A DNA stretch of 64,000 nucleotides from Octopus sinensis (Eukaryota): NCBI RefSeq assembly GCF_006345805.1, contig NC_043013.1:36952001-37016000 (forward strand), read 5' to 3'. The translations under genes and the position numbers were made by a program. The notes below the pieces were generated by a model. The model was not told the origin of the DNA. It saw nothing but the letters and a program-made list of their open reading frames with translations, and did not search any database. Shown here piece by piece: positions 1-13,424 of the stretch (the stretch's first letter is position 1; each line of letters starts with the position of its first letter).

Positions 1-882
1 GAATTTATATTTATAAACTTTTATTAGTAGTCAGGAGGGGTGAAGGGTGCCCCTACTTTGCAGGGGTCCTTTTAGAATGATGGGATCGTTGCTGTGGAAG
101 TCCAGCTTGAACTTAGGCAGATCAATGTTTGCAGCAAAAACATGGGTTGTGAGTTCCCATCTCTGAATGCTTACAAGAAAAAGGAATTCTGTTGGTGGTA
201 ACTTTAAACCAAAGGGCATGTTACAGGCCTATTATCAAACTTGGGATTCCTATAAAAGGCAAAGAAAATCCAGACAGCTGAGTAAGATAAGAAAAAAATA
301 AAAGAGAGAAGAGAGAGATGTGCTAGTTGCATTATATTGTGAAAACTTAAGTGAATTTTGAGAGTCTCAGAATAAGCATCTTGCTTTTCTAAACTTTATC
401 TATAACAAGGAATTGGTTGTAAAGAAAGGCAATTCCTGGAAGTCCGCATCCTCTGTTGCCCCAATAAAGGAGGGCGTCATGAATTTAGACTTGCTTGTGA
501 ATTATATATCTTTTAATTGATACCCTGCAAATATTATACAGTAAATTGATCCAGTTTGATTTATTGTTTGATGGTCAGATATGTCTGTCTATCCATATAT
601 GTATCTATTAGTAAAGGAAACTACCAACCTTATTTGGAAATGAGGGAGTGATCCTTGTAACGTTCTTGACTTGTGGGTCAAATAGCCACCACTTCCATTT
701 ATAATTTGTTTGTTGATTCAGTTCACTGGTACTTTTTCCTTCTTATGATAGAACACTGGTCACAACAATTAACAACATATACACATATGATGATGATGAT
801 GTATATATATATATGATTAAAAATGCATGTGCATTTATAAATATGTATTGAGTTTTCAATTATTTTCTCTTTTTACTTTCAG

Positions 883-3800
883 CAATTGATACTGCAAGCT
901 TGAGTGAAAAGGAACTGGATGACCAATTTAGATGCCAGACTTGTACACAGACATTCACAAATATAGATTCGCTTTACACTCATCAAAATGATCTTGGGCA
1001 CCTGGAGCTGAAGCAAACGCCACGTGGTCCCGGCTACCTGTGCTGGAAAAAAGGTTGTAATCAGTATTTCAAAACTGGCCACTCATTGCAAGTTCATTTC
1101 CGTGAAATCCATGCCAAACGGCAGAAAATCTCGATATCTGAACGACACGTCTACAAATATAGGTGCAACCAGTGTAGCCTCGCTTTTAAAACTATAGATA
1201 AACTACAGCAACACTCCCACTACCATTTGATTCGAGAATCAACTCGATGCAGCATCTGTGGTCGGAGTTTCCGCTCAACATTGGCCCTGAAAAAACACAT
1301 TGAGCTGGCACATTCTGATGGAACCGAGAACTCTACATCAATACCCGGGGTGCCTGTTAATGATGCTGATCTGCTCAATAGCCAGGCTGGAGGCTGGGGT
1401 ATCTGCTCAAAACTGGATGTTTCCCCTGGACCTGGTTTGATGGCACCCAGTGACATGCCAAGTCTCCATGCAAATTCCATGACCCTGCCGATGAGCTGCA
1501 AAAGCCCATCGTCTATAGACTCTAAACCTTCTATTTCAACTCTAGATCCCATGGGGTCTCTGCTGAGCAGCACATTGATAAAGACGGAACCATTGGATAA
1601 GAGTGAGACTGACAGATCCCTCGCTGCTTTCGAAAGTAGCGCTGATCTCAACAGCGGCATCATGAACGGTGAAAGTAAAGCTGAGCTGACTGATAACTTA
1701 ATGCTGGATGAATCCATTCCAGGTGAAGGCGATGAGGGTAGTTTGGATAGCGTTTCTAGTTCGTATAAAGAGCAACAGTTCATGGAGGACTACATCAACA
1801 GCCAGGCCATTGCTGAAGGCAGTTATGAAGATCCACTGCGTAAGTTCAAATGCCATAGGTGTAAGGTGGCCTTCACAAAGCAGAGTTACTTGACCGCCCA
1901 CAACAAAACTTTACAACACCGGAAAGGGGACAAGTTGAGTTACCCAATGGAAAAGTATTTGGATCCTAATCGTCCTTATAAATGTGATGTATGCAAAGAG
2001 TCCTTCACTCAAAAGAACATTCTACTTGTACATTATAATTCTGTCTCTCATCTGCACAAGCTGAAGCAGACTCAGCAGCTTGGTGGTTTATCGGCGCCAA
2101 TTATGCCAACTTCCTGTACACTGACCTCCTCCACCCCTTCCTCGACTCCTACGCCTACCTCTTGCTCTTCCTCCCCATCTCCTTCCCTTTTAGCCACAAT
2201 TGCTGTGCCCACTTCAACCTGTCCATCAACCTGTCCATCTATGAGTGCAGCTGACTTGGAGAAGAAACCATATCGGTGCAACCTGTGCAAAGTTGCATAC
2301 AACCAAGGTTCAACTTTAGACATACATATCCGTTCTGTTTTGCACCAAGCAAGGGCCTCAAAGCTACCTGAATTCGCGATGTCCGGGCAGATCGACCTGT
2401 CACTCCCTCTTATTGAGCAGCCAGAAGTGCCAAAATCTCAGAATCACTCTCAGCAGCAACACCATCATCTACAGCAGCCGCAACCGTTACCACAGCAACA
2501 TCCACAACCGCATCTGTCTTTATTATCCCAGCCCGATCAACAGAACCTTCATTCTGGCCATTCGCAGCTTCCGCTTCAATTTTCAACTCATTCATCTCAT
2601 TCAAAGCAGCCATCGCTGCCAGACATTTTACAGAAACAGCAGTCATTGGTGACTGCCAACAGCTCTCTATCCCAAGCACCACCTCTCTTGTTCTCTAGCA
2701 TGCCCAGCTCATTGACAGGAATTCCAAATATGCTGCCCATTTCATCTCTGTCTTCAATCTCTTCATCGACTCCTCAACCTGAATTTTCCATTGCCTCTTC
2801 CACGTGTGATGCATTCACTACATCAGCTCTGTCTTCTAGTGGACACCCTGTACCTCTTTTTAGCACCCCAGATTTCGGCATGAACGGCTCACATGATGAG
2901 ATGTCTTTGAAACTTGCCGAAGGTGGCAGTGGCTCTGATCTCCATGCCATGTCTCCAATGATGAACATAGGCATCCACGCTTGCCAAAACTGCAATTCTG
3001 TGTTCAGCAATCAAGAGACACTGATACAACACCAGCAGAGTTATGGCTGCCTGCAGTCTGGAACAGTCAGTCCACTTTCTCAGTCTGCGCAGAATCTATT
3101 CAAATCACGCAATTATATTACACGTTTCAAGCAGCACGTGCATCGAAACCTGTTGGAAAACATAGGCTTTGAGTGTGTGATGCAGTTTAATGAGTTCAAC
3201 CAGCCATCGAATGTGAAGAAAGAGTGTTGCTCTAGCAGTGACACCAGTGACAAAAAGGCTGAGGACAAGCAGCAGCAGCAAAAGCAGCAGCCATCCTCAC
3301 TGCACTCGCCAAAGGAAAGCATCAAGCAGCTTCCAGAGAAGCAAGTTCCAGAGACACTGAAGACTGATCTTCCAGAGATCAACAAGAGTGTATGCACACG
3401 GTGCAACAAGGAGTTCTCGAGTGTGTGGGTGTTGAAAGCTCACCAAGAGGAAATCCATAAGCTGACCGTTCCAATTGAGTTCATTGAAGAGTTTGGTTCC
3501 AAGTTCAAGAGTAGCTATGAAAAAAGACAGCCCAAAGAACCAGAGCCCCTAATGACGCCAGCACCTCCACCCCCACCCTTACACATTACACCTGTGTCGC
3601 ACAGTGCACCAACGACACAGCCAGCACCTGTTGCAGCCGTCCCTGCATCGCAACCATCCTCATCTTCATCGTCATCGTCGTCGTCTTCTTCATCCCAGGT
3701 GGTGAACGAGAGGGTTCTGCCTCATGGTCAGGACATGGCTATGGGCCAGAATCCGCTTGACTTTTCACAAATGGTACCGATGTTCAACATGATGCACATG

Positions 3801-6800
3801 CCAATGCCGATGAACATGAACCTGGCTATGGGAATGCACCCTCCACTGATGCCACTGATGATGCCACCTTCGTTAGAGAGCAGCTTTATGCCTCCAATCA
3901 CCATGATTGACCCTAATTTTCTGGCAGCACAACAGCAAGCGCAGCATGCGCAAAACCAGAAGCGAGCACGGACACGCATCAACGATGAGCAGTTGAAGAT
4001 ACTGCGTGCCAACTTTGATATCAACAACTCCCCCAGCGAAGAACAGATTGTTCAAATGTCCGAACAGTCTGGCCTGCCCCAAAAAGTTATTAAGCACTGG
4101 TTCAGAAATACCCTTTTTAAAGAGCGACAACGGAATAAGGATTCACCATACAACTTCAGCAACCCGCCACAGACCACAATAAACTTAGAAGAGTATGAGA
4201 AAACTGGTCGGATACCATCACCTTCGGAACATGATCTTGACGCAGATTTCAAGGAAGACATGAAGAATCGTTATGACGACCAACTGGACGAGTGTGATTT
4301 GCCTTCCCAGATGGACCATTCTTGCAGTGAACCAGAATACACATCTTCAGTGACGTCAGTTCCAATCACTTTCCCAGCAGCAATGGCTCTTCCATCGCCC
4401 ATGGTCAACCATCTCCCTCAACCAGTACCAAACCACATTGCTTCAACTCCAGTTGGGCCTCGTCATATTCCTCTTGACTTCCAAGATAAACCTGACTTCT
4501 TTAGTAGCACCAACAGCATAAGCTGCAATAACAACAGCAACAACAGCAGCAGCATCAGCAACAGCATCAGCAACAGCATCAGCAACAGCATCAGCAACAG
4601 CATCAGCAATAGCATTAGCAACAACCACCTCAGTAACAACAACAGCCACCATAGCAACAACAACAGCATCAACAGCCATATCAACAGCAGTAACAACAAC
4701 AATATTATCCTCAACAGCAGCGGTAGCAGTAATAATGGCAACAACAGCAGTAACAGTGGAAGCAATAATTCCCAGAGTGGGTCTGGCAAACGGGCGAACC
4801 GCACACGCTTCACTGACTACCAGATTAAGGTACTCCAAGAGTACTTTGAGCAAAATGCTTATCCAAAGGACGATGACCTTGATCACCTGTCGAAACTGCT
4901 TAACCTTAGCCCTAGAGTAATTGTGGTGTGGTTTCAGAATGCTCGTCAGAAAGCTAGGAAGATTTACGAAAACCAATCCCCTGTTGATATCAGAGATGAT
5001 GGCTCGGGCACCTTTAACCGATCTGGTCCAAATTATCAATATCAGTGCAAAAAGTGCCATTCGATCTTCCCACGCTATTATGATCTAATGAAGCACCAAA
5101 AACGGCAAAACTGTCATGAAGGTGAGAAAAGTGGCTCCTTAAATGCCACTCATGATGAGGATAGCAATTCTACTGTGACCTCCCAGGAGGACACCAGCCA
5201 CTCAGAGTCAAGTGAAACACATACAGCAGACTTGTCGAAGCCCATTTCAACTATTGCAAACAGCAATTGTGGCCCTGTCAAAGAAGTAACCTCCACTTCA
5301 ACTGTGATGGCCATCATAAGTGCCAATCAGGCCACGCAGTCGACTGCTGCTGCCCCTCCAACTGTGACCACTGCAGTTTCTTCCACTTTGTCCTCTTCTT
5401 CCTCCTCCACATCTTCTTCGCCTTCCTCCACCTCCCCATCAATTAATACCATTCCTTCTTCCTCAACGTCCTTACTGAGCCTGCCGGCCCCTGCCGTTTC
5501 TGTTCCCTGCCCCAGCACTGGTACTAGTGGTGCTGCTGGTGGTAGTGGTGGTGGTGTGTTGTCCTCCACCTCTTTAGCCAGCAATAACAACAGCAGTAGC
5601 AGCAGTAGTAGCAGTAGCAATAGCAGCAGCAGCAGCAGCATTGGCACTAAGAACGAACTGCACAGGTGCGACAAATGTAATCTATTCTTCCCCAAAATCG
5701 AACAATGGCAGGAGCATTTAAATGTCCATTCTCTGAACCCGAACCTCTTTCCGAACTTCCCCAATGACAGTACGTTTAGTGTACTGCCAACTGTGTCTCC
5801 CTCACCCCAACCCCAAATGCAGCAACAAGCGACCACGCATCAACTCAGTTTGCTGCACGACAAATCTCTAACGCCGATAAAGCGTAAAGCTGAAGAGGAA
5901 GAAGAGGAAAGAGACCAGCCGAGAGACAAACGATTGCGAACGACTATTTTACCTGAACAATTAGATTACCTGTATCAGAAATATCAGATTGACTGCAACC
6001 CTAGTCGTAAGCAGCTGGAGACCATTGCTTCGGAGGTGGGGTTAAAGAAACGAGTTGTACAGGTGTGGTTTCAAAATACTAGAGCACGGGAGCGCAAAGG
6101 GCAATACAGGGCGCATCAGCAGCTCATACATAAACGTTGCCCATTCTGTCGTGCTTTATTCCGAGCAAAATCTGCTCTGGAATCGCATTTAGCAACAAAA
6201 CATCCTGAGGAAATGGCGAAGGGCGAGATAAATATTGACAACATTCCTGATGCAACTGTCGATTCAACACCTCCACCCCCTCCACCTCCACCTGTTTCCC
6301 AGGCAGCTTCATCTTCTACCCACTCTACAGGTAACCAAGATCTCAGTAAATTGTTATCTCCTTCGAGTATGCAGCACTTCCTGCCTTTCATGCCGCAAGG
6401 CAATCTAGGAATGGGTTTTTCTGGGCTCTCTGATCCTCTACAGACATCAATGAGACAATTCTGTGAAGCTTCGTTCAAGAAGTTCATCAGTGAACTCAGT
6501 GCTGCTAGTCACGTTCAGCGTCCGTCACAAGCTGCCGTCGAGTCTCCACAGAGCAAGCAGGCAGCCTCCGAACCCGAGAAAAAGCAGCCGGCTCGAGTTG
6601 TCGAGAGTAAGAGCTCTGAGGACAATGATGCTCCCCTTGATCTTAGCAAACCCATCCGCGTGAACACCGATTGTGAAAAGACTTCATCAGATGGTCCATC
6701 TACTGATATGAGTGAGAGAAGCATGGATGGATACCTTCGCAGACATAGTCTAGACGATTCTGTATCAGAAACACATTCCGAGAGCCATGAAGTTGAAGGG

Positions 6801-7404
6801 TGCGAGGATTCTAGCGGTTTGATGGAGCACAGCCCGTCATCACCGGCTAATGCTACGTCATCTTCCTCCTCCTCGTCCCATCAGCATGGCAAACGTTATC
6901 GTACTCAGATGAGCAGTATGCAGGTCAGAGTGATGAAAACATTATTTGCCGATTACAAAACGCCAACTATGGCGGAGTGCGAAATGCTCGGCAGAGAAAT
7001 TGCATTACCCAAACGTGTTGTTCAAGTCTGGTTTCAGAACGCCCGAGCGAAAGAGAAGAAAAACAAACTGGCATACACCAAGACTTTTGGAACGGATGTG
7101 GATTTCTCGAAGCCACCCGAAGAATGTACTTTGTGCAACTTTAAATACTCGCACAAGTATACAGTGCAAGATCACATTTTCACAAAGAAGCACATCGACA
7201 ATGTGCGTCAGTTTATCCAGTCCCAGTCAAACGCAGAAAGGGAGTTGGCGGACCCTTCAGGAATGACCAAAATGTTGCAACAGCAGCGTGAGATTGAGCG
7301 TATGCGTAAAGTCTGGGACGAAGCATCTGTTGCCAGCTCTCCACACCTGGCTCAGTTACAAGCAATGAGACTCAATGCACTCGGATTGCAAAGTACTTCC
7401 AGTG
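883..7404 (+). CDS. ZFHX3/4: Zinc finger homeobox protein of the ZFHX3/ZFHX4 (ATBF1, zfh-2) family, giant internal coding exon (gene 5' part lies upstream of the window)
   Basis: Acceptor ttttactttcAG ends at 882 and donor G|GTAAGT starts at 7405, both phase 1; the frame is open throughout. Four homeodomains in ZFHX order: HD1 KRARTRINDEQL..VIKHWFRNTLFKERQR (~3957-4136), HD2 KRANRTRFTDYQ..VIVVWFQNARQKARK (~4785-4964), HD3 DKRLRTTILPEQL..VVQVWFQNTRARERKG (~5925-6104), HD4 KRYRTQMS..VVQVWFQNARAKEKK (~6888-7067). About 13 C2H2/C2HC fingers, including YKCDVCKESFTQKNILLVHYNSVSH and CPFCRALFRAKSALESH. Confidence 0.97.
4551..4622 (+). repeat. Coding 12-bp minisatellite (AGCATCAGCAAC x6, encoding SISN x6) in the Asn/Ser linker between HD1 and HD2
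   Basis: Six units visible, the last two with synonymous changes. Confidence 0.95.
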
Positions 7405-7636
7405 GTAAGTTTATAGCTTATATTTTTAACGCTTCTTTATAAATCTAAACACACACACTCATTCATAAATACAGTAACTTTTACCCAAACCTTTATTTTT
7501 GTTTTTTGGTGGGTAACCAGTTATAAACGATTATGAATCTGTTTCATTAAAATTTGATATTCAGTCTGTTTTCCATGTTATTTTTTATTCAATTTATTTA
7601 CCATTTTTCTTTTTTCTTCTTCCTCTTTTTCTCTAG

Positions 7637-7729
7637 CATTTAACACGCCATTTAATGCAAGCTCTTTTTTCCCTGACGTCAAGAAAGAAACAGTGAAATC
7701 AGACGGGGAGAAAAAAGAAAAGGAAGAAA
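7637..7729 (+). CDS. ZFHX3/4: ZFHX small internal exon (93 bp; (A)FNTPFNASSFFPDVKKETVKSDGEKKEKEE)
   Basis: Long polypyrimidine tract plus tctAG ending at 7636. Open in the phase-1 frame inherited from 7404. Weak donor A|GTAATA at 7730 keeps phase 1. Not in the ORF track. Confidence 0.7.
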
Positions 7730-8471
7730 GTAATATTCAGTTTATTAATTACTTTAATTATTTTACATGTTAATTTAACTTGCTTTTATGATGACATTTA
7801 TGTGTAGTTAGTGTGTGTACTAAGTTGAGCTTATTTATTTGTAAACTTTTAGGTATGAATAGTTACATAGGCAAGAGTAGACTGCATAGGAGGACTGTTC
7901 TGTTCTTTAGCTCCAGCTCAGCTCTGATTGATCAGACACCATATAATCAAAGGCAAACTTTGAATATTTAAGAACACTTTGTTCAATGTTTCCTGCTTTT
8001 TCTCTAATGACAATTAGATATGATCGGAGAAAATTTTGACTGCTATTTTTAACATTTCAAATGACTTCATAAAGACATTCTCCTTCTGCTCATGATGAAG
8101 ACTGAGCTATGAGTAACTGGAGTAGATCCGGAAACTGGGTTTCTTTTTTTGTATAATGATTATTATCATTATTTAGTGATGAGAACTTGCTATTGTCAGA
8201 ATTGTTAGTGTCAGGTTAAATATCTTATGACATTTGTCCTGGTCTTTTTCATTCTTAGTTCAAATCCCACCAAACTTGACTATGCCTTTCATTCCTCCAG
8301 AGCTGATAAAATAAAGTACTAGTCAACTATTGGGGGGATTGGTGTAATCAACTACGTTCTTCACCCAAATTTCAAGTGTCGTTCCCTAAATTAGAAATAT
8401 GTTTATTATTAAGATAATTACTTATGCAATATTTCTAAGTCTAATTTTATAATTTTCCTTACTTCCTCCAG

Positions 8472-8636
8472 CACAAAGCCGTCGAGAGGCTACAAACTTC
8501 CTGTCACCTCAGCTGATGTCTCCTTTTACCGGACTAGGTTTTGAACCAGGTTTAATTCCAAGTATATACACAGGATTTCCAAACTTTTTCTCTGGAGGAG
8601 TAAATCTTCCACTTTTCCAATTTGGTTTAATGCCGG
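8472..8636 (+). CDS. ZFHX3/4: ZFHX internal exon (165 bp; QSRREATNFLSPQLMSPFTGLGFEPGLIPSIYTGFPNFFSGGVNLPLFQFGLMP)
   Basis: Acceptor ttcctccAG ends at 8471, strong donor G|GTAAGT at 8637, open frame, phase 1-1. Joins in frame to GMEQLLAY of the last exon. Confidence 0.85.
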
Positions 8637-9603
8637 GTAAGTTTTCCTTCCTTTTTTTTTTCTCCCCACATATTTTCTTTTAATATTATTTTTTTTTTGT
8701 AAATGACAACTTTTTCTGTGGGTAATGCAGCTTACTCCCTGACTTCTTGTATATTGTAATTGTTATGTAATTGTTGATCTCTTGCTGTTGGACCAAAATA
8801 TCTCGAAGTCAAAGTCATATGGAATCTAATGTGCAACAGTTTTTCCATACTAAATCAAAACTATGCAGGTGTTCTGCAGAATCCTTCCAATCTTTTAAAG
8901 GCCTCTGACAATCATTCAGTTGCAATAATAACCAGATTGTAATATCTAAGACCTACTTATCACAAAACGGTACAGAGGTAGCAGTTGGATGATGATCATA
9001 TAACATCCAACTAAACAAATACCCAGTCTACAGAAGGACTTGTAGATCTTGCAGGTCTATCAACAACATTGTCATCATTTTAAATTTGTTTTACCAAGCT
9101 GGTATAAATTGGATGGGTTGTCACCGACAAGATGATTCTTATTTAAAATTATTGCCCTTCTAGATAAGTCAGGGCTTATGTTTTGCTCTTGCATTTTGCT
9201 TTTGGCATATTTTCTGTGGTTAGATATCCTTTCTTTTGTCAAATATTTTACTTGGCATATTGAGGTGCATTTTATATGGCACCAACACCAGAGATGTCAT
9301 ATGCTCAGCAATATGAAAGTCTTCTCCACCCTAATATTTTGCCATCGCTTCACTTACCACTTTACCATGCACCTGTTATCATGCCACGAGAATTAGAAAA
9401 GTCATCTTGTATTTGGCAAGAACAGAGATTCCTTTCTACTGTACAGTATCTCCATTCAGTCAATTATACTGGAGAGTTGTCTTGTCCCAAGCAAATACAC
9501 TAGTACTGGAAATGAGAGAACAGTTGAAACTGGTGGGTAATCACTCCAACGGATTTACAACTGCTGATATATGTATTTCATATATATATATGTACATAAT
9601 ATA

Positions 9604-9657
<54 letters not shown>

Positions 9658-9836
9658 TGTGTGTGTATGCATGCATGTACATTTGTGTATGAGTGTATCT
9701 TTATTTTTAAGTGAACATGGAAATGAAACATTGTAGATGTGTGTATGTGTTTGAGGTATATACACACATGTAAGATTTTATTTGTTTTTCTCAAAGACTT
9801 TCCTCATATTCATTTTGTTTTCTCTGATTTTTACAG

Positions 9837-10528
9837 GGATGGAACAGCTACTCGCCTACGACCCTGTGACATTTGGAACTCCTCTATCTTTATTACAAAT
9901 ACCAGAACAAGCTCGACGCCATGTCAGTGCCAAACTTATAGAACCCAGTTCTTCTGTAGCCCAGTATACCCAAGATTGCAAGACTATTGCAGATCTCAAA
10001 TCTGCTTTGTCTGAGAACGATTTTAAATGTGCTCAAGAGAGCACAGTAGATGTTGGTTATATATGCAAGAAGTGCCACATAGTGTATCCTGGCAAAGATG
10101 GTTGTGACAATCATCAACATTTGATATGTTTTCCAGCAGGGAAAGTATCTGATGGCATTAAGCCAATTTTAAAACTCGAACAACTTCAGTATGAGTGTCT
10201 AGCATGCCAAGATAAATTCTCCACATCGCAAGAATTTATACTACACTGTAATCAAGATGTTCACAAAAGCAAAGCTTTACGCCATTTCTCCAAGAGTGAG
10301 TGGAGATTAGCACCATCCCTTACACCAGCCCCTTCAGAAAACAATAGTAGTAGTAGTACAAAAGAGTCCAAATTGCCTAGCACTTCCCAATTGAGCTCAC
10401 TGACTAAATGTCAGGGTCGAGGGAGCGAGAAAACTCCTTCGACGCCTTCAGACTCTGCTGCCTCCACAATCAGTTTGGCTGACCAAGCAAACCGACCAAG
10501 TGAGCCCAAAAAAGCCAAACTGGAATGA
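9837..10528 (+). CDS. ZFHX3/4: ZFHX terminal coding exon (two C-terminal zinc fingers, stop TGA)
   Basis: Acceptor ttttacAG ends at 9836. Encodes GMEQLLAYDPVTFGTPLSLLQIP, fingers YICKKCHIVY..HQHLIC and YECLACQDKF..HCNQDVH, and ends with basic PKKAKLE. Confidence 0.92.
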
Positions 10529-11460
10529 ATGATATAAATAAAATAAAATTAAAAAAAATAAATTGAATAAAAAATAAACAAATAAAAAAAGTGTGAGAGA
10601 AAGAGAGAGAGAGAAACTTATCTTTGTCCTCCTCTTCCTCTTCCTCCTGATTATTATTAAAAAAAAAAAACACAAAGCAAATAAACAAATGAATAAAAAA
10701 AAAAATTTCAAAACAAGCAACAAAACAGAACAAAATAATAATATAAAACAAAAATAAAACAATAGAAACAAAAGCAAAGCAAAGAATGGTTGTTTCACAT
10801 GGTTTCTCTGTGCATCTTTCACTACATATCGTCTCATCTTGCACAATTTTGTGATTGCCCTCTTCCACGTCTTTTTTTTTTTTTTCTTCCTGGTTTTCAT
10901 TTCATTAGGAAAAAGAAAATTTTTTTTTTTTTTTTGTATTCCCTTCTTTCATTCATTTCTACCCCCCCACCTCCCACTCTTTACCTGATATGTTATTTTC
11001 ATTTTTGTTCTCTTTTATCTCCGATCGTTATTTTTCTATCAATTCAAGTTAATTTTTTAAATGTTACTTTTGATTTTTGTTGGGAAGTTTTTTTTTTTCC
11101 CCCCATCTAATTCTCACTTTTGTTTTGTTTCATTCAAATTTTTCTCTCTCCCTCTCTCTCTCCTCTCTATCTTTCCTACTCTCACCACTCTCTCTCCAGT
11201 GATACATATTGGTCTTTGAAAAGACCATTTGCTACCTACATACATATGTATGACATATACGCTCATACACACACCTACATACACTTACATATACATATGT
11301 GTAATATATATATATATATGTATATATATGACACATATACATACATACTTGTCCCTTGTAATATCACATGTATTATCATACATATTGTATTATCATATCG
11401 TTTTCTCATCAGAATTGGATGCTCAAGCAAAATATGTTATTATTATTATGATTATTATTA

Positions 11461-11492
<32 letters not shown>

Positions 11493-11866
11493 TAAAAAAA
11501 AAGAGAAAATAACAAATTAATAAATACGACGAAAACGAAGAAAAATCATTTAAAAATATACATTTGACAATGATAATGATAATGAAAATAAAAGAAAACA
11601 AATGAAAAAAAAAACAACAGACATGAAATGAAATTTTAAAAAAAAAAACAAATAACAAAACAGACATTGCTGTGACAATGAATCAGTATTAATTAACAAG
11701 TAATAAACAAAATAATCAAAGATTTGAATATGTATGTATGCATGTATTTGTTTATATATATATATGTGTGCGTGTGTATGTGTGTATATATATGTATATA
11801 TGTATGTATTCAAGTATGTGTATGTATATATATATATATGTATGTGTGTATAGGTGCGTGTGTGTG

Positions 11867-11913
<47 letters not shown>

Positions 11914-12350
11914 ACACATGCATTTGTATGACGAGGTTATAAAGGAGATTTGCAAATGAAAATTTGAAACTTCTCATGTGGATAGATTTTCTTGTCCATG
12001 ATTTGTGAAAAAAAAGAAATACAGCAGATACTTACCTGAATACTCCTGATCTACATTTAAATCTACTTTATAAACAGGCCAAAAAAAAGAAAAGAGAATT
12101 TAAAGAATCATATATGTATATATGTGTGTCAATCACTTTCAAAAATTTTGAATGTGAGTAAAGAATAAACAAACAGCAAAACACAAATATCAACAACAGC
12201 AACACAAAAAAAAAAACCACTACAAAGGGAGAGCAAGATTTAGAGCAGAAAAGAGAGAGAGAGAAAGAGGAGGAGATGCAGACAGAACAGCTGAGAGGAA
12301 TTCAAAGGGGGGAAAATGAGTATGAGTGTTATATACATATATATATATAT

Positions 12351-12372
<22 letters not shown>

Positions 12373-12381
<9 letters not shown>

Positions 12382-13424
12382 ATAGTTATGAGGACAAAGA
12401 GGAAAGAGTGATTGTGGGAGATGATATTTTGAAAGATGAGGAATAAAAACTATAAATATATATATGTATATATACACAAATATATATATATATATATGTA
12501 TCCGAATGTATGTGTGTGTATGTGTATATATATATATATTTCATATGTTTCAACAATATTGTGGCTGGAAACCAGCTAAAGTAATAATATTGATAATAAT
12601 AATATCATCGTCATCATCATCATCATCATCATGAAGAACCTTGTAAGAAGGAAAAAAAAAATGTGCTGGTCAAAGGAGTGCAAAAGGAAACTCACTTAAG
12701 ACTATGGTAATAATTATGTAATAATAATAATAATAATAACAATAACAATAATAATAACGATAATAATAATGTGTTGGCCCTTTTGTGTATAGGAATGCTC
12801 CCTGTGTTTGTACATAGGGGAAGATGAAAAATTTCACAAAAAAAACAAACATTTTTAAGTGTAAAATAAATAAATATATATATATATAATATATATAATA
12901 CACACATACATAGTTATGAGGACAAAGAGGAAAGAGTGATTGTGGGAGATGATATTTTGAAAGATGAGGAATAAAAACTATAAATATATATATGTATATA
13001 TACACAAATATATATATATATATATGTATCCGAATGTATGTGTGTGTATGTGTATATATATATATATTTCATATGTTTCAACAATATTGTGGCTGGAAAC
13101 CAGCTAAAGTAATAATATTGATAATAATAATAATCATCGTCATCATCATCATCATCATGAAGAACCTTGTAAGAAGGAAAAAAAAAATGTGCTGGTCAAA
13201 GGAGTGCAAAAGGAAACTCACTTAAGACTATGGTAATAATTATGTAATAATAATAATAATAATAACAATAACAATAATAATAACGATAATAATAATGTGT
13301 TGGCCCTTTTGTGTATAGGAATGCTCCCTGTGTTTGTACATAGGGGAAGATGAAAAATTTCACAAAAAAAACAAACATTTTTAAGTGTAAAATAAATAAA
13401 TATATATATATAATATATATATAA
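12373..13424. repeat. Near-identical tandem duplication, period ~528 bp
   Basis: cacacatacatagttatgaggacaaagagg... starts at 12373 and again at 12901. Copies differ only in microsatellite/homopolymer tracts. Confidence 0.95.

Noticed and set aside
900-902. ORF-track start (Met) of the 2180-aa ORF
   Set aside because: The codon is TTG inside an exon that begins at a splice acceptor (883); the real start is upstream of the window.
1220-7266. Antisense and alternate-frame ORFs overlapping ZFHX (e.g. 4443-5060, 5327-5836)
   Set aside because: Shadows of the coding strand and its trinucleotide tracts; no domain signal.
7405-7442. C-terminal KFIAYIFNASL of the long ORF
   Set aside because: Read-through into the intron after a consensus GTAAGT donor.
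8085-8145. tgatgaag...gaaac hammerhead-like spacing in a ZFHX intron
   Set aside because: First box is ATGATGA and stems I-III cannot be formed convincingly.
9782-9836. Signal-peptide-like N-terminus MFFSKTFLIFILFSLIFT of the 248-aa ORF
   Set aside because: Translation of the intron polypyrimidine tract; not a separate secreted protein.
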